DNA of 64,000 nt, from NCBI GenBank assembly GCA_965227295.1, contig OZ245742.1, positions 1,792,001 through 1,856,000 of the forward strand, given 5' to 3'. The DNA comes from Leptonemataceae bacterium. GTDB taxonomy: Bacteria; Spirochaetota; Leptospiria; Leptospirales; Leptonemataceae. The notes beneath the pieces were generated by a model. It had not been told where the DNA came from, did no database searches, and saw nothing but the letters and a program-made list of their open reading frames with translations. Made by a program: the position numbers and the translations under genes. Numbering within the stretch: position 1 is the first letter of the stretch; each line of letters starts with the position of its first letter. Shown here one piece after another: positions 49,375-59,113 of this stretch.

Positions 49375-50097
49375 ACACGCCCCGAATCGTGATGTAAGTG
49401 GTGGCCAGTGTACATTAAGACTTTTATGGGTACAACTGGTTCCAGCTGACGTACGGAGGTCATGCCGGGGACCTTGGTAAGGCGGACCGGAACGGCGTCG
49501 TCGCTGCGGAAAAAACATCAAGCGAAGGCGCACCGGAACGGCGTTTTCCTCGCAGCATTCGCCAACGGAGCTGAGTCACAAACCGACGTCCGGGTCGAGA
49601 CGGACAGTCTAAACAAAACGAAAATCCACAACTCCCGCTCAGCCGTAGCCAAAAAAATAACTTCACCGTTGCGCAACTTACTTCGTGTTTCTCACGGCAA
49701 CAGTCACGAACCGCAGTCCTTGAACTACCGGAAACGCCCGGGCAGTTCGCACACGCCCCGAATCGTGGTGTAAGTGACGGCCAGCTTGTATTAAGCCTTT
49801 TTTGGGTACAACTGGTTCCAGCTGACGAGCGGAGGTCGGGCAGGGGAGCATGGTAAGGCGGACCGGAACGGCGTCGTCGCTTCGGAAAAAACATCAAGCG
49901 AAGGCGCACCGGAACGGCGTTTTCCTCGCAGCATTCGCCAACGGGAGCTGAGTCACAAACCGACGTCCGGGTCGAGACGGACAGTCTTAACAAAACGAAA
50001 ATCCACAACTCCCGCTCAGCTGTAGCAAACAAGTCCCTTCACCGTTGGGCGACTTGTTTCATGTTTCTCGCGGCGACGGTTGCGAACCGCTGCTCTT
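49375..50097 (+). repeat. Dispersed modular repeat, locus 3: tandem dimer with a 376-bp period
   Basis: ACACGCCCCGAATCGT at 49375 and 49751; the two units are collinear and near-identical over long blocks. Confidence 0.95.
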
Positions 50098-50114
50098 CTA
50101 CCGCTGAGTGCGGC

Positions 50115-50951
50115 TCAGTTCTGTAACGGCACCGCGTTCCCATCCATGACGAACTGCTCCGGTTCACGAAGGAACCTGCGCAGGTCGTCGGCGATGTCCT
50201 GGCGCGTGTAGATCATGTTGTAACCGTTGCCGGCGCCGGAGACGAGGCGGAGGCGAGCCCGGGGAAGTTTCGCGGCAAAATCGGTGAGTTCGTAGGCGTA
50301 GAACTTCGCCGCAATCAAGAATACCGGCCCGGTGAGATTCATGGAGGCCACTTCGCTAAGATCTTTCCGGTAAAACTTACGATTCGGTGAGAGCAGAACC
50401 AGGCAGTCCACCCCCGGCAGGCTTTCGGTCATGAGCAGATTCGAATAAAAGTCCCCGGCGACGAGGCATATCGAATCGCTCCGGTTTCCCAGAATCTGTG
50501 CCGTATCTTTCAGCGCGCCCAGCACGGCCCGGAAGTCGTGCAACAAGGCCGCGACCTGCTCGCGATTCTTCGTGAGCTCGGCGGCGGTCTTTGCGCCGTG
50601 CAGTTTCGTACGCACCACGGGGCGATGACCGCGCGGAACGAAAAAAGCCGCGTGAAACTCGTCCCGCATGCCGGCGACGAGTTCGCCCAGATGCTCGTGG
50701 GACGTCGTGTAGAGATCGGGAACGAACAAAACCAGACGGCGGGCGTTTTCGTTTTTCGACGGATAGATCACCAGGCGACTGCGATAGCCGTCCAGGGAGG
50801 GGACGTTGAGTTCGTAGCGCAAGCCGCTGCCGCGAACCTCGTAGCGCTCGATGTCGTACCAGAGTGTGGCCGGGGTATGCCACTCACCCAGGGGCTGCGC
50901 CGCCGCACTCGCCGCGGCACACAGAACGGCGATCACCAGGGCGAGGCGCAT
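50115..50951 (-). CDS. Hypothetical exported protein, possibly a degenerate alpha/beta hydrolase fold
   Basis: Signal peptide MRLALVIAVLCAAASAAA; LVLLSP and PVFLIAA strand motifs; no GxSxG. Confidence 0.65.
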   Translation of the reverse strand: MRLALVIAVLCAAASAAAQPLGEWHTPATLWYDIERYEVRGSGLRYELNVPSLDGYRSRLVIYPSKNENARRLVLFVPDLYTTSHEHLGELVAGMRDEFHAAFFVPRGHRPVVRTKLHGAKTAAELTKNREQVAALLHDFRAVLGALKDTAQILGNRSDSICLVAGDFYSNLLMTESLPGVDCLVLLSPNRKFYRKDLSEVASMNLTGPVFLIAAKFYAYELTDFAAKLPRARLRLVSGAGNGYNMIYTRQDIADDLRRFLREPEQFVMDGNAVPLQN

Positions 50952-50955
50952 AACA

Positions 50956-51771
50956 CTAACCTTGCCTCACGTAACGTTTAGAAAAATCGAACGACTGTCC
51001 GCGCAGCTCTGCCCGCTTTCCATCGATGAGAAACTCCACCCGGCGCAGTTCGCTGCTTACGGCGAACAACGAAGCGGTCAATGCCCGAAAGTACGCGTTC
51101 ACCAGTTCCGCATGATTCGGCGTATTGCCCTCCCCGTCTTCGCGGCCCTGAAAAAATCGTTCCAGTTCCTCTTCAATCGTCGCCGCGCGCAGGTCCAGCA
51201 CGAGCCCCTGTTGCTCCTCGTTGTACCAGGCTTTGCGGATCGCGAGACCGAAGTCCGGCAGGGGTTCCAGGTTCGCATTGTGACGGCCGCTCCGCGCCTC
51301 CTGCAGCCCCGTGGGCCGGCTGATGGCGTGGGCGATTTCCACGGCTCGTTCTTCCGGAGCCGATGAAAGATGCAACGGCCGCGCGGCGACGGTGAGTTCG
51401 CCGGTGTTCCGGTCCACGCCGTAGATTTCTATGAGGTCGCGGCTGTCGACCACCGGCGGATAAAAAAACGTCCCCGGCACAAGCAGGCGAAAGGGATTCG
51501 TGCCCACCAGCGTAAAAAAACCGACGAACATAATGACCAGGGCCCACAGGACCGTCACGAAACGACTGCGTCGACTCACGGAAAGATCCGCGACGTAGGC
51601 GAGGAAAGCCGCACGCGCCCGGCCCGCGTACTCCGGCATGCGGCGCAGATGATCCGGAAGCGTGAGCAGAAATTCCCGGATCCGGGGCGCAAGACTCGCC
51701 GCGAGTTCGTTCGCGCGGCGGCTGAGATCGCCAAAGCGGGGAAGGGGAGATTTTTTAACTTTTTCGGACAT
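50956..51771 (-). CDS. Membrane-anchored protein, GerMN-like C-terminus
   Basis: One TM helix; LVLDL...ALTASL......V.FLIDG. Confidence 0.6.
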   Translation of the reverse strand: MSEKVKKSPLPRFGDLSRRANELAASLAPRIREFLLTLPDHLRRMPEYAGRARAAFLAYVADLSVSRRSRFVTVLWALVIMFVGFFTLVGTNPFRLLVPGTFFYPPVVDSRDLIEIYGVDRNTGELTVAARPLHLSSAPEERAVEIAHAISRPTGLQEARSGRHNANLEPLPDFGLAIRKAWYNEEQQGLVLDLRAATIEEELERFFQGREDGEGNTPNHAELVNAYFRALTASLFAVSSELRRVEFLIDGKRAELRGQSFDFSKRYVRQG

Positions 51772-51804
51772 AGGATTACTTCACTAATAATTACCAAGAA
51801 TAAG

Positions 51805-52626
51805 CTACATAAACCAGAATCGGTCTCCACGATTGAAGCGAGCCACGCCGTCGGCGAAGCTCCGGCTGCGAATCACCGGAAAGAAGTTGCGCGCCTCCAA
51901 TTGCAGGGCCTCTTCGAGACCCAGGTGCGCGCCGAAGATCGCCGAGGACAGGTCCGCCATGAGCGCGTCCCGGGGCTGCACACAGATTTGCTCCGCCACT
52001 CGAAAGGCCCGCTGCAAACCGCGGCCCTTCGGCGTAAGCTCCCAGACCAGGCCGATCTCGTGCGCGCGTTTCGCGCGAATGCGCTGGCCGGTGATGATCA
52101 ACGGCAACGCCTGGGCCTGGCCGAGCAACCGCGGCAAATACACCGTGCCGCCGTCTACGAGGGGCACGCCCCAGCGCCGGCATGCCACGGAAAACAACGC
52201 CTGCTTTTCGGCAATGCGGATGTGACCGTGACAGAAGAGTTCCAGGCCGCCGGCGTAAGTGTAACCGTGCGAAACGGTAATCACGGGCTTGCTCTGCACG
52301 ATGCGCGTGCCGCCCATGGGACCGGTGCCGTTCTTTACGTACTCGGCGACTTCGGCATCGCTCGCGTTCATATCCGCGAGTTGGTCCAGCGCGCTCAGAT
52401 CGGCTCCGGAGCAAAAGGCCTTGTCCCCGGCCCCGCGCAGGATCGCCACGGTGAGTTCGTCGTCGTCCCCGAATCGCTGCCAGGCTTCGAGGAACAGCCG
52501 CGCCGTTTCACCGTCGATGCAGTTGTGCATGTCCGGCCGATTGATGACGATCTCGAAGATCGATCCACCGGGACCGTGCTCATCTTCCACGCGATGGACT
52601 TTCGTTAATAGAGGGGCGTCACTCAT
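51805..52626 (-). CDS. Enoyl-CoA hydratase/isomerase family
   Basis: INRPD..NCID, AFCSGADL, AGGLEL, WGVPLVDGG; start at MSDAP. Confidence 0.93.
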   Translation of the reverse strand: MSDAPLLTKVHRVEDEHGPGGSIFEIVINRPDMHNCIDGETARLFLEAWQRFGDDDELTVAILRGAGDKAFCSGADLSALDQLADMNASDAEVAEYVKNGTGPMGGTRIVQSKPVITVSHGYTYAGGLELFCHGHIRIAEKQALFSVACRRWGVPLVDGGTVYLPRLLGQAQALPLIITGQRIRAKRAHEIGLVWELTPKGRGLQRAFRVAEQICVQPRDALMADLSSAIFGAHLGLEEALQLEARNFFPVIRSRSFADGVARFNRGDRFWFM

Positions 52627-52736
52627 AGGTCGGCTTCGCGCTATGATTCTCGCACATTTCGGCGGCGCCACAACGATTTTCCAGGAATTACGCGGCAAAC
52701 GTTGACAGCGATTTCAGGCGATGCGACGTAAGGCGG

Positions 52737-53558
52737 ATGAAACGATCGCCCCTTTCCGTGATTCTGGCCGGCCTGGCCCTGATCGCCTTCGCGATCTATA
52801 TGGAGTCGACGGCGGGACTGCCGCCGATATCGGACGACGCGCCGCTCCAACCGGCGATCCTCTACTTTGAGCTGGCCGAGAATCGCGCTGAGGTCGAACA
52901 GGCCCTGACCCCCGCCGACCCCGACTATCGCTTCGAAGGCGAAACGGCAGCCGACTGCGTCCCGGGCCCGGTATGCATGCGCCGCCGGGCGGACCTGGTG
53001 AACACACTGGATGCCGGCCTGCTGATCCTCTATCCCCTGTACTTTCTTACGATCTTTGCCTGGCTGCGCGGGGACAGCGGGACGATCTTTTTAATCGGGC
53101 TCATGACAGTGCCGATCATGGTGATCGGTGATGTTCTGGAAAACGCACGCCTCTTTGAACTGACCGCGCTCCTGGACCAGGCGGATGCCGGAATCCAGGG
53201 CCTCGATCCGATCTTCGAGCGCGTCGTGCAGCATCTCCAGCAATACACGCGACTCAAGTGGGGCGCGATCTTCGCGGCCTGCCTGGCCGTGGGGGCGCTC
53301 TACAGCCGCCGCATCTTTGCCGGAGATGGGACGGCGGTCGTCAGCGGTGCGGTCTACCGCGCACTGGACCGCTGGCTGCCGCTGATTGCGGCGGTAGTTT
53401 TCGTCGTTACGGGCGCCGTGGGATCATTCAGCCTGTTGCCCGGCGAGCGCAGTGCCCTGCCATCGGCCTTTGCCGGAATGTTCCTGGGCTACCTCCTTGT
53501 GTTCGTCCACGCTGTGACTGCCGCGCTCGCGGAACGCTCGCGTCGAAAAGCCGGTTGA
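52737..53558 (+). CDS. Hypothetical membrane protein
   Basis: Several TM helices; GDVLEN and KW motifs. Confidence 0.7.
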   Translation: MKRSPLSVILAGLALIAFAIYMESTAGLPPISDDAPLQPAILYFELAENRAEVEQALTPADPDYRFEGETAADCVPGPVCMRRRADLVNTLDAGLLILYPLYFLTIFAWLRGDSGTIFLIGLMTVPIMVIGDVLENARLFELTALLDQADAGIQGLDPIFERVVQHLQQYTRLKWGAIFAACLAVGALYSRRIFAGDGTAVVSGAVYRALDRWLPLIAAVVFVVTGAVGSFSLLPGERSALPSAFAGMFLGYLLVFVHAVTAALAERSRRKAG

Positions 53559-53648
53559 CGGTGGACGGCTCTACGGATTTGTTTCCAAATTCCGGCCGAT
53601 AATGCAATATCCGGTCGGCGGAGATCCTGGCTGCCGGATTTTCGGAGC

Positions 53649-53721
53649 GCTGCCTTAGCTTAGTTGGTAGAGCAGCTGACTTGTAATCAGCAGGTCGTGG
53701 GTTCGATTCCTACAGGCAGCA
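53649..53721 (+). tRNA. tRNA-Thr(TGT)
   Basis: GCTGCCT/AGGCAGC acceptor stem, CTGACTTGTAATCAG anticodon arm, GTTCGATTC. Confidence 0.96.
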
Positions 53722-53731
53722 CAGTGAAAAG

Positions 53732-53813
53732 GGGCAGATGCCCGAGTGGTTAAAGGGAGCAGACTGTAAATCTGCCGGCGTAGCCTACGAAGGTTCGAAT
53801 CCTTCTCTGCCCA
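53732..53813 (+). tRNA. tRNA-Tyr(GTA)
   Basis: GGGCAGA/TCTGCCC acceptor stem, GCAGACTGTAAATCTGC anticodon arm, long variable arm. Confidence 0.96.
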
Positions 53814-53816
53814 GAT

Positions 53817-53860
53817 CGGCGCGGGGCATACATACTCTTCCAGGTGTATGCCCCGTGCCG
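53817..53860. terminator. Long hairpin after the tRNA pair
   Basis: CGGCGCGGGGCATACAT...GTGTATGCCCCGTGCCG. Confidence 0.5.
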
Positions 53861-53889
53861 AATGTGTTGTCACACAAAAGTCGTATGTG

Positions 53890-54017
53890 GCTCAGCCGTA
53901 GCCACATCAAAGCCTTCCTCATTGCGCAGCTTACCTTTCGATTCTCACGGTCCACACCGTGAACCACGGCTCTTGAACTACCCGAAGCTTTCCATTGGTT
54001 CGGTCACGCCCCAAATC
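53890..54017 (+). repeat. Dispersed modular repeat, locus 4 (degenerate partial copy)
   Basis: GCTCAGCCGTAGCC, TTGCGCA.CTTAC, TTCTCACGG, GAACC...CTTGAACTACC, CACGCCCC.AATC in the same order as 49637-49764. Confidence 0.75.
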
Positions 54018-54020
54018 TAG

Positions 54021-54487
54021 CGTGCTGCTGAAAAAGTCATTCGAAAGCGGACCGATTTGCTTTAAGTTCTTCTACGAAAGCTTTAGTATCGTAGCCTTTG
54101 TCGGCGCCCAGAGTGACGCGGGGCCGATGATTGCTTCGGCGTAGTTCCTTCATGAAGATGGCTGCCGCATCGCGTTCCGCCGTGCCGGTCGCGCGTGTCA
54201 CGGCGAGGCAGTTCCGATTTTCCATAAGGACATGCCCCATATACACCAGCCGGGCTATCGATGGGCGACCGAAGGCCGGATACATTTCATCAAATCGATC
54301 GCTAAGATTCGCGAGGACCGCATTCGTCAGCTTGCGAATGTCACGCAACGGATGGTTGGCCGGAATCCGGTCCTCCATTGAAACATGACTCCAGATACTC
54401 GGTTGCTTTTCTTCTTCGCCGCGCATGCGACGAAATCTGAACAAGCACCGCTAAATCGCCAGGAGCATTCGACTTTTTCAGCAGGCA
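54021..54487 (-). mobile_element. Internally deleted IS5/IS1182-like insertion sequence
   Basis: Terminal inverted repeats share TGCTGAAAAAGTC; CTAG at both flanks (54017-54020, 54488-54491); remnant ORF 54037-54444 with HPLR.IR, GRPSI, YMGHVLMENR, TLGADKGYD. Confidence 0.88.
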
Positions 54488-54507
54488 CTAGAGCAAGTCG
54501 CTCGTTT

Positions 54508-55572
54508 TCAAAAAATGTGATCGTCCAACCCGAGCGTCACCTTGCCCCGCGGCCCTTCGAAGGAGACGCGGTTGATGTACACGGCCCTGAGCGGTTGCGA
54601 CTTGCCTTTGACGCTCAGTTCCACTTCTTCCAGGGTATCGGCGTCCACGCTGTCGTGGGCAAGTTGAATCGTGTCCGCTGACGCAAGGATGCTGTTCGGC
54701 CGCGCCGCGCGTTCCAGTCGCGCCGCCGTGTTCACCGCGTCGCCGATGAACGTGAGTTCCATGAAATCATCGGAGCCGATGCTGCCGAGGATGCAGGTGC
54801 CGGTGTGAATGCCGATGCGTAACTGCACTTCAGGTTGATCTTGTTTCGTGCGAAAAAGGTTGAGAATGTTGAACTGCTTCTGGATTTCGATGCCCGAGAT
54901 CAACGCCTTTAAGGGATCCTCAAAGACAGCGAAGATGGAATCGCCCATGATCTTGTCGACGAAGCCGCCGTTGTGCAGGATTGTCGAAGAGGTGGCGCCG
55001 ATGGAAAGATTGAGCATATCCAGGATTTCGTCCGGAGAGTTCTGTTCGGCGAGGGCGGTGTAGGAAACCAGGTCCGCGAAGAAAAACGTAAACACGCGCG
55101 ACTCGTTGGGAATGTAGTCGTAGCCGGAGTCCACCGCGCTCCGGGCCCGTTTGATCAACTGCCGCGAGATGTAGCGCTTCATCAACTGGTGCGCGCGCAG
55201 GTTGACTTCGTAGTTCCCGGTGTCGATCTTGACGCCGGGACCCGGGTCGATGTCCTGCAGGATCATGCGGTAGTAGCCGTCTTCGTCCCGGTAGCCGGAG
55301 ATCTGGTACAGTCGGGTTTTGCCGTCGGCGGAGCGCAGAAGGGCACGGTAGTTTTTGAACGGCTTCTCCCAGATTTTGCGACGAACGAAAAGATCCTGGA
55401 AGAATTCCATGCTCAGAAAACGCAGCACGGTATGTCGGCGGGCTTCTTCCCGATCGTAGCCGAGAGTTCGCAGCAGGCGAGAGGATACGGCTTTGATCTT
55501 GAGGTCGGGGCCGACCACGACAGGATGAAACTCCAGCCGGCCCAACAGGGAATGCAGATCGAAGGCGCTCAA
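54508..55572 (-). CDS. PAS-like domain plus class III adenylate/guanylate cyclase
   Basis: FFADLVSYT, VDKIMGD, RIGIHTG, IGDAVNTAARLE. Confidence 0.93.
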   Translation of the reverse strand: MSAFDLHSLLGRLEFHPVVVGPDLKIKAVSSRLLRTLGYDREEARRHTVLRFLSMEFFQDLFVRRKIWEKPFKNYRALLRSADGKTRLYQISGYRDEDGYYRMILQDIDPGPGVKIDTGNYEVNLRAHQLMKRYISRQLIKRARSAVDSGYDYIPNESRVFTFFFADLVSYTALAEQNSPDEILDMLNLSIGATSSTILHNGGFVDKIMGDSIFAVFEDPLKALISGIEIQKQFNILNLFRTKQDQPEVQLRIGIHTGTCILGSIGSDDFMELTFIGDAVNTAARLERAARPNSILASADTIQLAHDSVDADTLEEVELSVKGKSQPLRAVYINRVSFEGPRGKVTLGLDDHIF

Positions 55573-55655
55573 CTTAACATATCCCTGATCGTTCAGGATT
55601 GTCGGTCAAGCTGAAATCCTGACAGTCCGGGACTAATTACTTAAAAATATTTATT

Positions 55656-57077
55656 ATGCGAAGAGAGCAGTATTCGGCCGAACTCAGTGTTGCGTTGGCC
55701 TCGTTGGCGGAAGAGATCACTCCGGCCTCTCGCGCGAAGCTGGCCGGCCTGTTGCTGCACGACATCGAACGCATGCGTCGGGCCTTCGGTCCTTCTCTCA
55801 AAGATGAAGACAGCGGCTATCTGGATGCGGCCGCCGTGACCGTGCGCCGGGAACTCGCGGACATTGCGGCCGATGAAGCGGGTCAGGCCTGCCGCGCTCC
55901 ATCTGTCCTGCGCCGTTTCGACCAACGCTACGGTACGGAGCGGTCCGCGGCCTTCGCGGCGTTATTGTACCACTGCGCCTGGTTGACGGCGGCGTCCCGG
56001 GACGGCGTGGACTCGGACGAGGAACGCGTGCTGCACGAACTCTGGGCGGAGCTCGGTCGTCCGGCATCCGAAAGATCACGCGCTGCTTTGCAGGAGGATG
56101 CATCGGCGCCGAACGAACTGGATCGCAACGAAGTCGGAGAAGATCTGGACGCGGCGTTGAACGAACTGCAATCGCTGATCGGTCTGGATGAAGTGAAGTC
56201 CCAGGTGTTCACTCTCGTAAACTTTCTGAAAGTCCAGGCGGAACGCAAGCGTCGCGGCCTGGGGGAAACTTCCACGTCGTTGCACTGCGTGTTCATGGGA
56301 CCGCCGGGTACCGGTAAGACCACGGTGGCGCGGATCTTAAGTCGCATTTTTCATCACTCAGGATTTCTCGAAAAAGGGCACCTGGTGGAAACAGATCGCG
56401 CGGGACTGGTGGGCCAGTACATCGGTCACACGGCGAAGAAAACCGAGGAGCGCGTGCAGGAAGCGTTGGGCGGCGTGTTGTTCATCGACGAGGCTTACGC
56501 CCTCAAGGTCGAAGACGGCGGCCGGGACTTCGGCCAGGAGGCCATCGACATTCTCATTAAACGCATGGAGGATTTACGCGAGGAGTTCGTGCTCATTGCC
56601 GCCGGTTATCCGGACGAGATGCAGCGCTTCGTGCAGTCGAACCCCGGTCTGGAATCGCGCATCAATCGGTACATTCGTTTTGATCACTACAAACCCGACG
56701 CGTTGTTGTCCATCTTTCGCTTGTTCTGCGAGAAGGCGGCTTATCGTCTGGAAGATGCGGCCGCCGATCGCTTACGGCGGGTCTTCGCGGAGGAATACGC
56801 GAATCGCGGGCGTACGTTCGGCAACGGCCGATTGGCGCGCAACCTGTTCGAGAAAATCATCGAACGCCAGGCCAATCGCCTGGCGCAGCACGTGCACAGC
56901 TTAAGTGATGATGATTTAGTATTAATCACCGTAGCGGATGTCGTCCCGGGCACTACTCCGGAGCCGGAGGGCGGGCCGGAGCCTGCCACGGTTGAAGAGG
57001 GCCCCGTCGATCAGGGCCCCGCCGATCCCCGAACCGCGGAGACGCCGGAGTGGTTGAAGCGCCGCCGTCGTCCTTAA
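55656..57077 (+). CDS. SpoVK/CbbX-family AAA+ ATPase
   Basis: LIGL..VK, H.VF.GPPGTGKTTVAR, LVGQYIG.TA, LFIDEAY.L, SNPGL.SR, FGNGR.ARN. Confidence 0.92.
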   Translation: MRREQYSAELSVALASLAEEITPASRAKLAGLLLHDIERMRRAFGPSLKDEDSGYLDAAAVTVRRELADIAADEAGQACRAPSVLRRFDQRYGTERSAAFAALLYHCAWLTAASRDGVDSDEERVLHELWAELGRPASERSRAALQEDASAPNELDRNEVGEDLDAALNELQSLIGLDEVKSQVFTLVNFLKVQAERKRRGLGETSTSLHCVFMGPPGTGKTTVARILSRIFHHSGFLEKGHLVETDRAGLVGQYIGHTAKKTEERVQEALGGVLFIDEAYALKVEDGGRDFGQEAIDILIKRMEDLREEFVLIAAGYPDEMQRFVQSNPGLESRINRYIRFDHYKPDALLSIFRLFCEKAAYRLEDAAADRLRRVFAEEYANRGRTFGNGRLARNLFEKIIERQANRLAQHVHSLSDDDLVLITVADVVPGTTPEPEGGPEPATVEEGPVDQGPADPRTAETPEWLKRRRRP

Positions 57078-57092
57078 TCAGGACCGTATCGT

Positions 57093-57677
57093 ATGCCGGA
57101 ATTCAGCCGCGAGCAAGTCGAAGCGTTACTGCGGGCCTATCCCGACGGTCTGCGCTTGCCGAAGCTGGACCTGGCCGGCCTGGACCTGGCGTACCTGGAC
57201 CTGCGTCGCAGCGATTTTACCGGCAGCGATCTACGGGGAACGGATTTCACCGGGGCGAATCTGGACGGGGCGTGTTTTTCGCGCTGCCGACTGGATGCCG
57301 TCAACTTTCGCGACAGTAACCTGCGCGCGGCGAACTTTAACGGGGCCGCCGGTGCCCGGATACTGTTCACCGGAGCGGATGCCCGGGACGCCTCTTTCGT
57401 GTACGCGAGGTTCGAAGAGGTCGGCTTCGTCAACGCCGCGTTGCACAACGCCGGCTTCGTATGTACGGCTCTGCCCCTGGCGGATCTCAGCGGCGCGAAC
57501 GCGGAGGCCGCTAACTTCATCGGAGCGGACCTTACGGGTGCGCTGCTGCGGGGGACGTTGCTTGCCGGGGCCTCGTTCGCCGAGGCCGACGTCTCCCGCT
57601 GGGCCCTGGACGAGGCGCAACGGGAGGCGATCATCCTGCGCGACGCGGATGAGGGTTACTACGGCGAGCCGGTGTGA
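57093..57677 (+). CDS. Pentapeptide-repeat protein
   Basis: Repeated A(D/N)(L/F)xx units. Confidence 0.92.
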   Translation: MPEFSREQVEALLRAYPDGLRLPKLDLAGLDLAYLDLRRSDFTGSDLRGTDFTGANLDGACFSRCRLDAVNFRDSNLRAANFNGAAGARILFTGADARDASFVYARFEEVGFVNAALHNAGFVCTALPLADLSGANAEAANFIGADLTGALLRGTLLAGASFAEADVSRWALDEAQREAIILRDADEGYYGEPV

Positions 57678-57689
57678 ACACCGGTCCCG

Positions 57690-57716
57690 GGAGTGCTCCG
57701 CCCGGGAGAGCACTCC
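57690..57716. terminator. Hairpin between convergent genes
   Basis: GGAGTGCTC-N9-GAGCACTCC. Confidence 0.45.
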
Positions 57717-57735
57717 GTCGCAGAACCCGCCGACG

Positions 57736-59010
57736 CTATTGAAAATCGCCGAGGGTTACCCCGCCGGGATTCGCGGCGCCGCTGGATACGGCGTACGGAG
57801 GATTGAAAACGATCGTCGCGGTGTTCGTCGCCGGTACGTTTTCGTATACGTAGTTGCCTGAATCAGTCGTGACGAAGGCGTCCAGCCGGCCGTCGCCGGT
57901 GAGATGCCCGAGTTCCACGGAACCACTATCGCGGCGTTCGTACGATATGAACGCGGCGGCGAAATTCGGGCGGCCGTAAAGTTCCATCTGATTTTCCAGG
58001 ACGTAGTCGCGTTCTTTCGAAGTGTTCGCAACGAACGCATCGATATCGCCGTCGCCGTCCAGGTCACCCACGGCGACGTCGTTGGAAGACGTTTCGCCGA
58101 GGTCGGGGAGTTGTTTGACGGTAAAGATCGCGCTGCCGTCGTTTTCGTAGAAGACGTTCGCCGCACCGTAGTTGGATACGATGACGTCCATGTCGCCGTC
58201 TTGATCGAAGTCCGCGGCCGCGGCGCCGGTGGATGTATCCATGGTCGTACTGATGACGTCGCGAACGAAGAAGCCCGATCCGTCGTTGTAATAAAGCTGA
58301 TTCTGTTCCGCCGCGGCGTTGGCGATCACGGCGTCTTTGTCGCCGTCGCCGTCAAAGTCCGCGAGCGCGACGCTCTCACTCGTGTTCGTCGCGACGTTCG
58401 CGTCCGCCTGAGCGAAGCTGCCGCCGCCGGTGTTGCGATACACTATGTTCTGGTGGTCGCGGTTTACCACGAACGCCTCGGGTCGGCCGTCTCCGGTGAG
58501 ATCGGCCACCGCGACGTCGGCGCTGTCGTTCGTGCCGCTGCCGGCCTGATTTACCGTAAAGTTTCCCTGACCATCATTTAAGAACACCAGGTTCTCGGCC
58601 GGCCCGGTAACGAGGCCCGCTCCGAGTTGTTCGATATTGGCGGAGAATGCATCCAGGTCACCGTCCCCGTCGAAATCACCGCTCGCCATACCGAGGGTGA
58701 GAGTTTCTTTCGAATGCGTTTGAGACGGGAGGAACGCCCCCGTCCCGATATTTGCATAGAACGTATCTTTCTCATCGAAGCTGCCGACGAGGGCGTCGTC
58801 TGTGGGAACCGCGGGTTGTGAGAGGCCGGCGGCCGCGACGAGACCGGCGGCAACCAGGGGAGCCGGGACGTCATCATTTCCGCCGCCCGTGAAGGCGGGG
58901 CCGTTACCGCCGCAGTGAGCAAACGTCGCAATGATTCCAGCGGCGCAGAGCGCGGCGCATCGGCGACCCCACTGCGGGTGAGAATCGTATTGCATGTGTA
59001 AATGTTGCAT
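57736..59010 (-). CDS. FG-GAP/VCBS-repeat lipoprotein
   Basis: About six D(F/L)DGDGD.D-type repeats; FAHC lipobox-like motif; start uncertain. Confidence 0.85.
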   Translation of the reverse strand: MQHLHMQYDSHPQWGRRCAALCAAGIIATFAHCGGNGPAFTGGGNDDVPAPLVAAGLVAAAGLSQPAVPTDDALVGSFDEKDTFYANIGTGAFLPSQTHSKETLTLGMASGDFDGDGDLDAFSANIEQLGAGLVTGPAENLVFLNDGQGNFTVNQAGSGTNDSADVAVADLTGDGRPEAFVVNRDHQNIVYRNTGGGSFAQADANVATNTSESVALADFDGDGDKDAVIANAAAEQNQLYYNDGSGFFVRDVISTTMDTSTGAAAADFDQDGDMDVIVSNYGAANVFYENDGSAIFTVKQLPDLGETSSNDVAVGDLDGDGDIDAFVANTSKERDYVLENQMELYGRPNFAAAFISYERRDSGSVELGHLTGDGRLDAFVTTDSGNYVYENVPATNTATIVFNPPYAVSSGAANPGGVTLGDFQ

Positions 59011-59113
59011 AATCGTACTGTAGGAACTTCGTCGGGCGATTTCAACCAGGCGTGAAGCCCGGATCGTGCCGGATACACGGTTGCAGAAAAAACGCCGCTG
59101 CGCACAGTGCGCT

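Noticed and set aside
49375-50097. Possible CRISPR array
   Set aside because: The period is 376 bp with no short identical repeats separated by unique spacers, and there are no cas genes in the window.
53655-53967. Small ORFs over tRNA-Thr and tRNA-Tyr
   Set aside because: They are translations of tRNA genes and repeat DNA.
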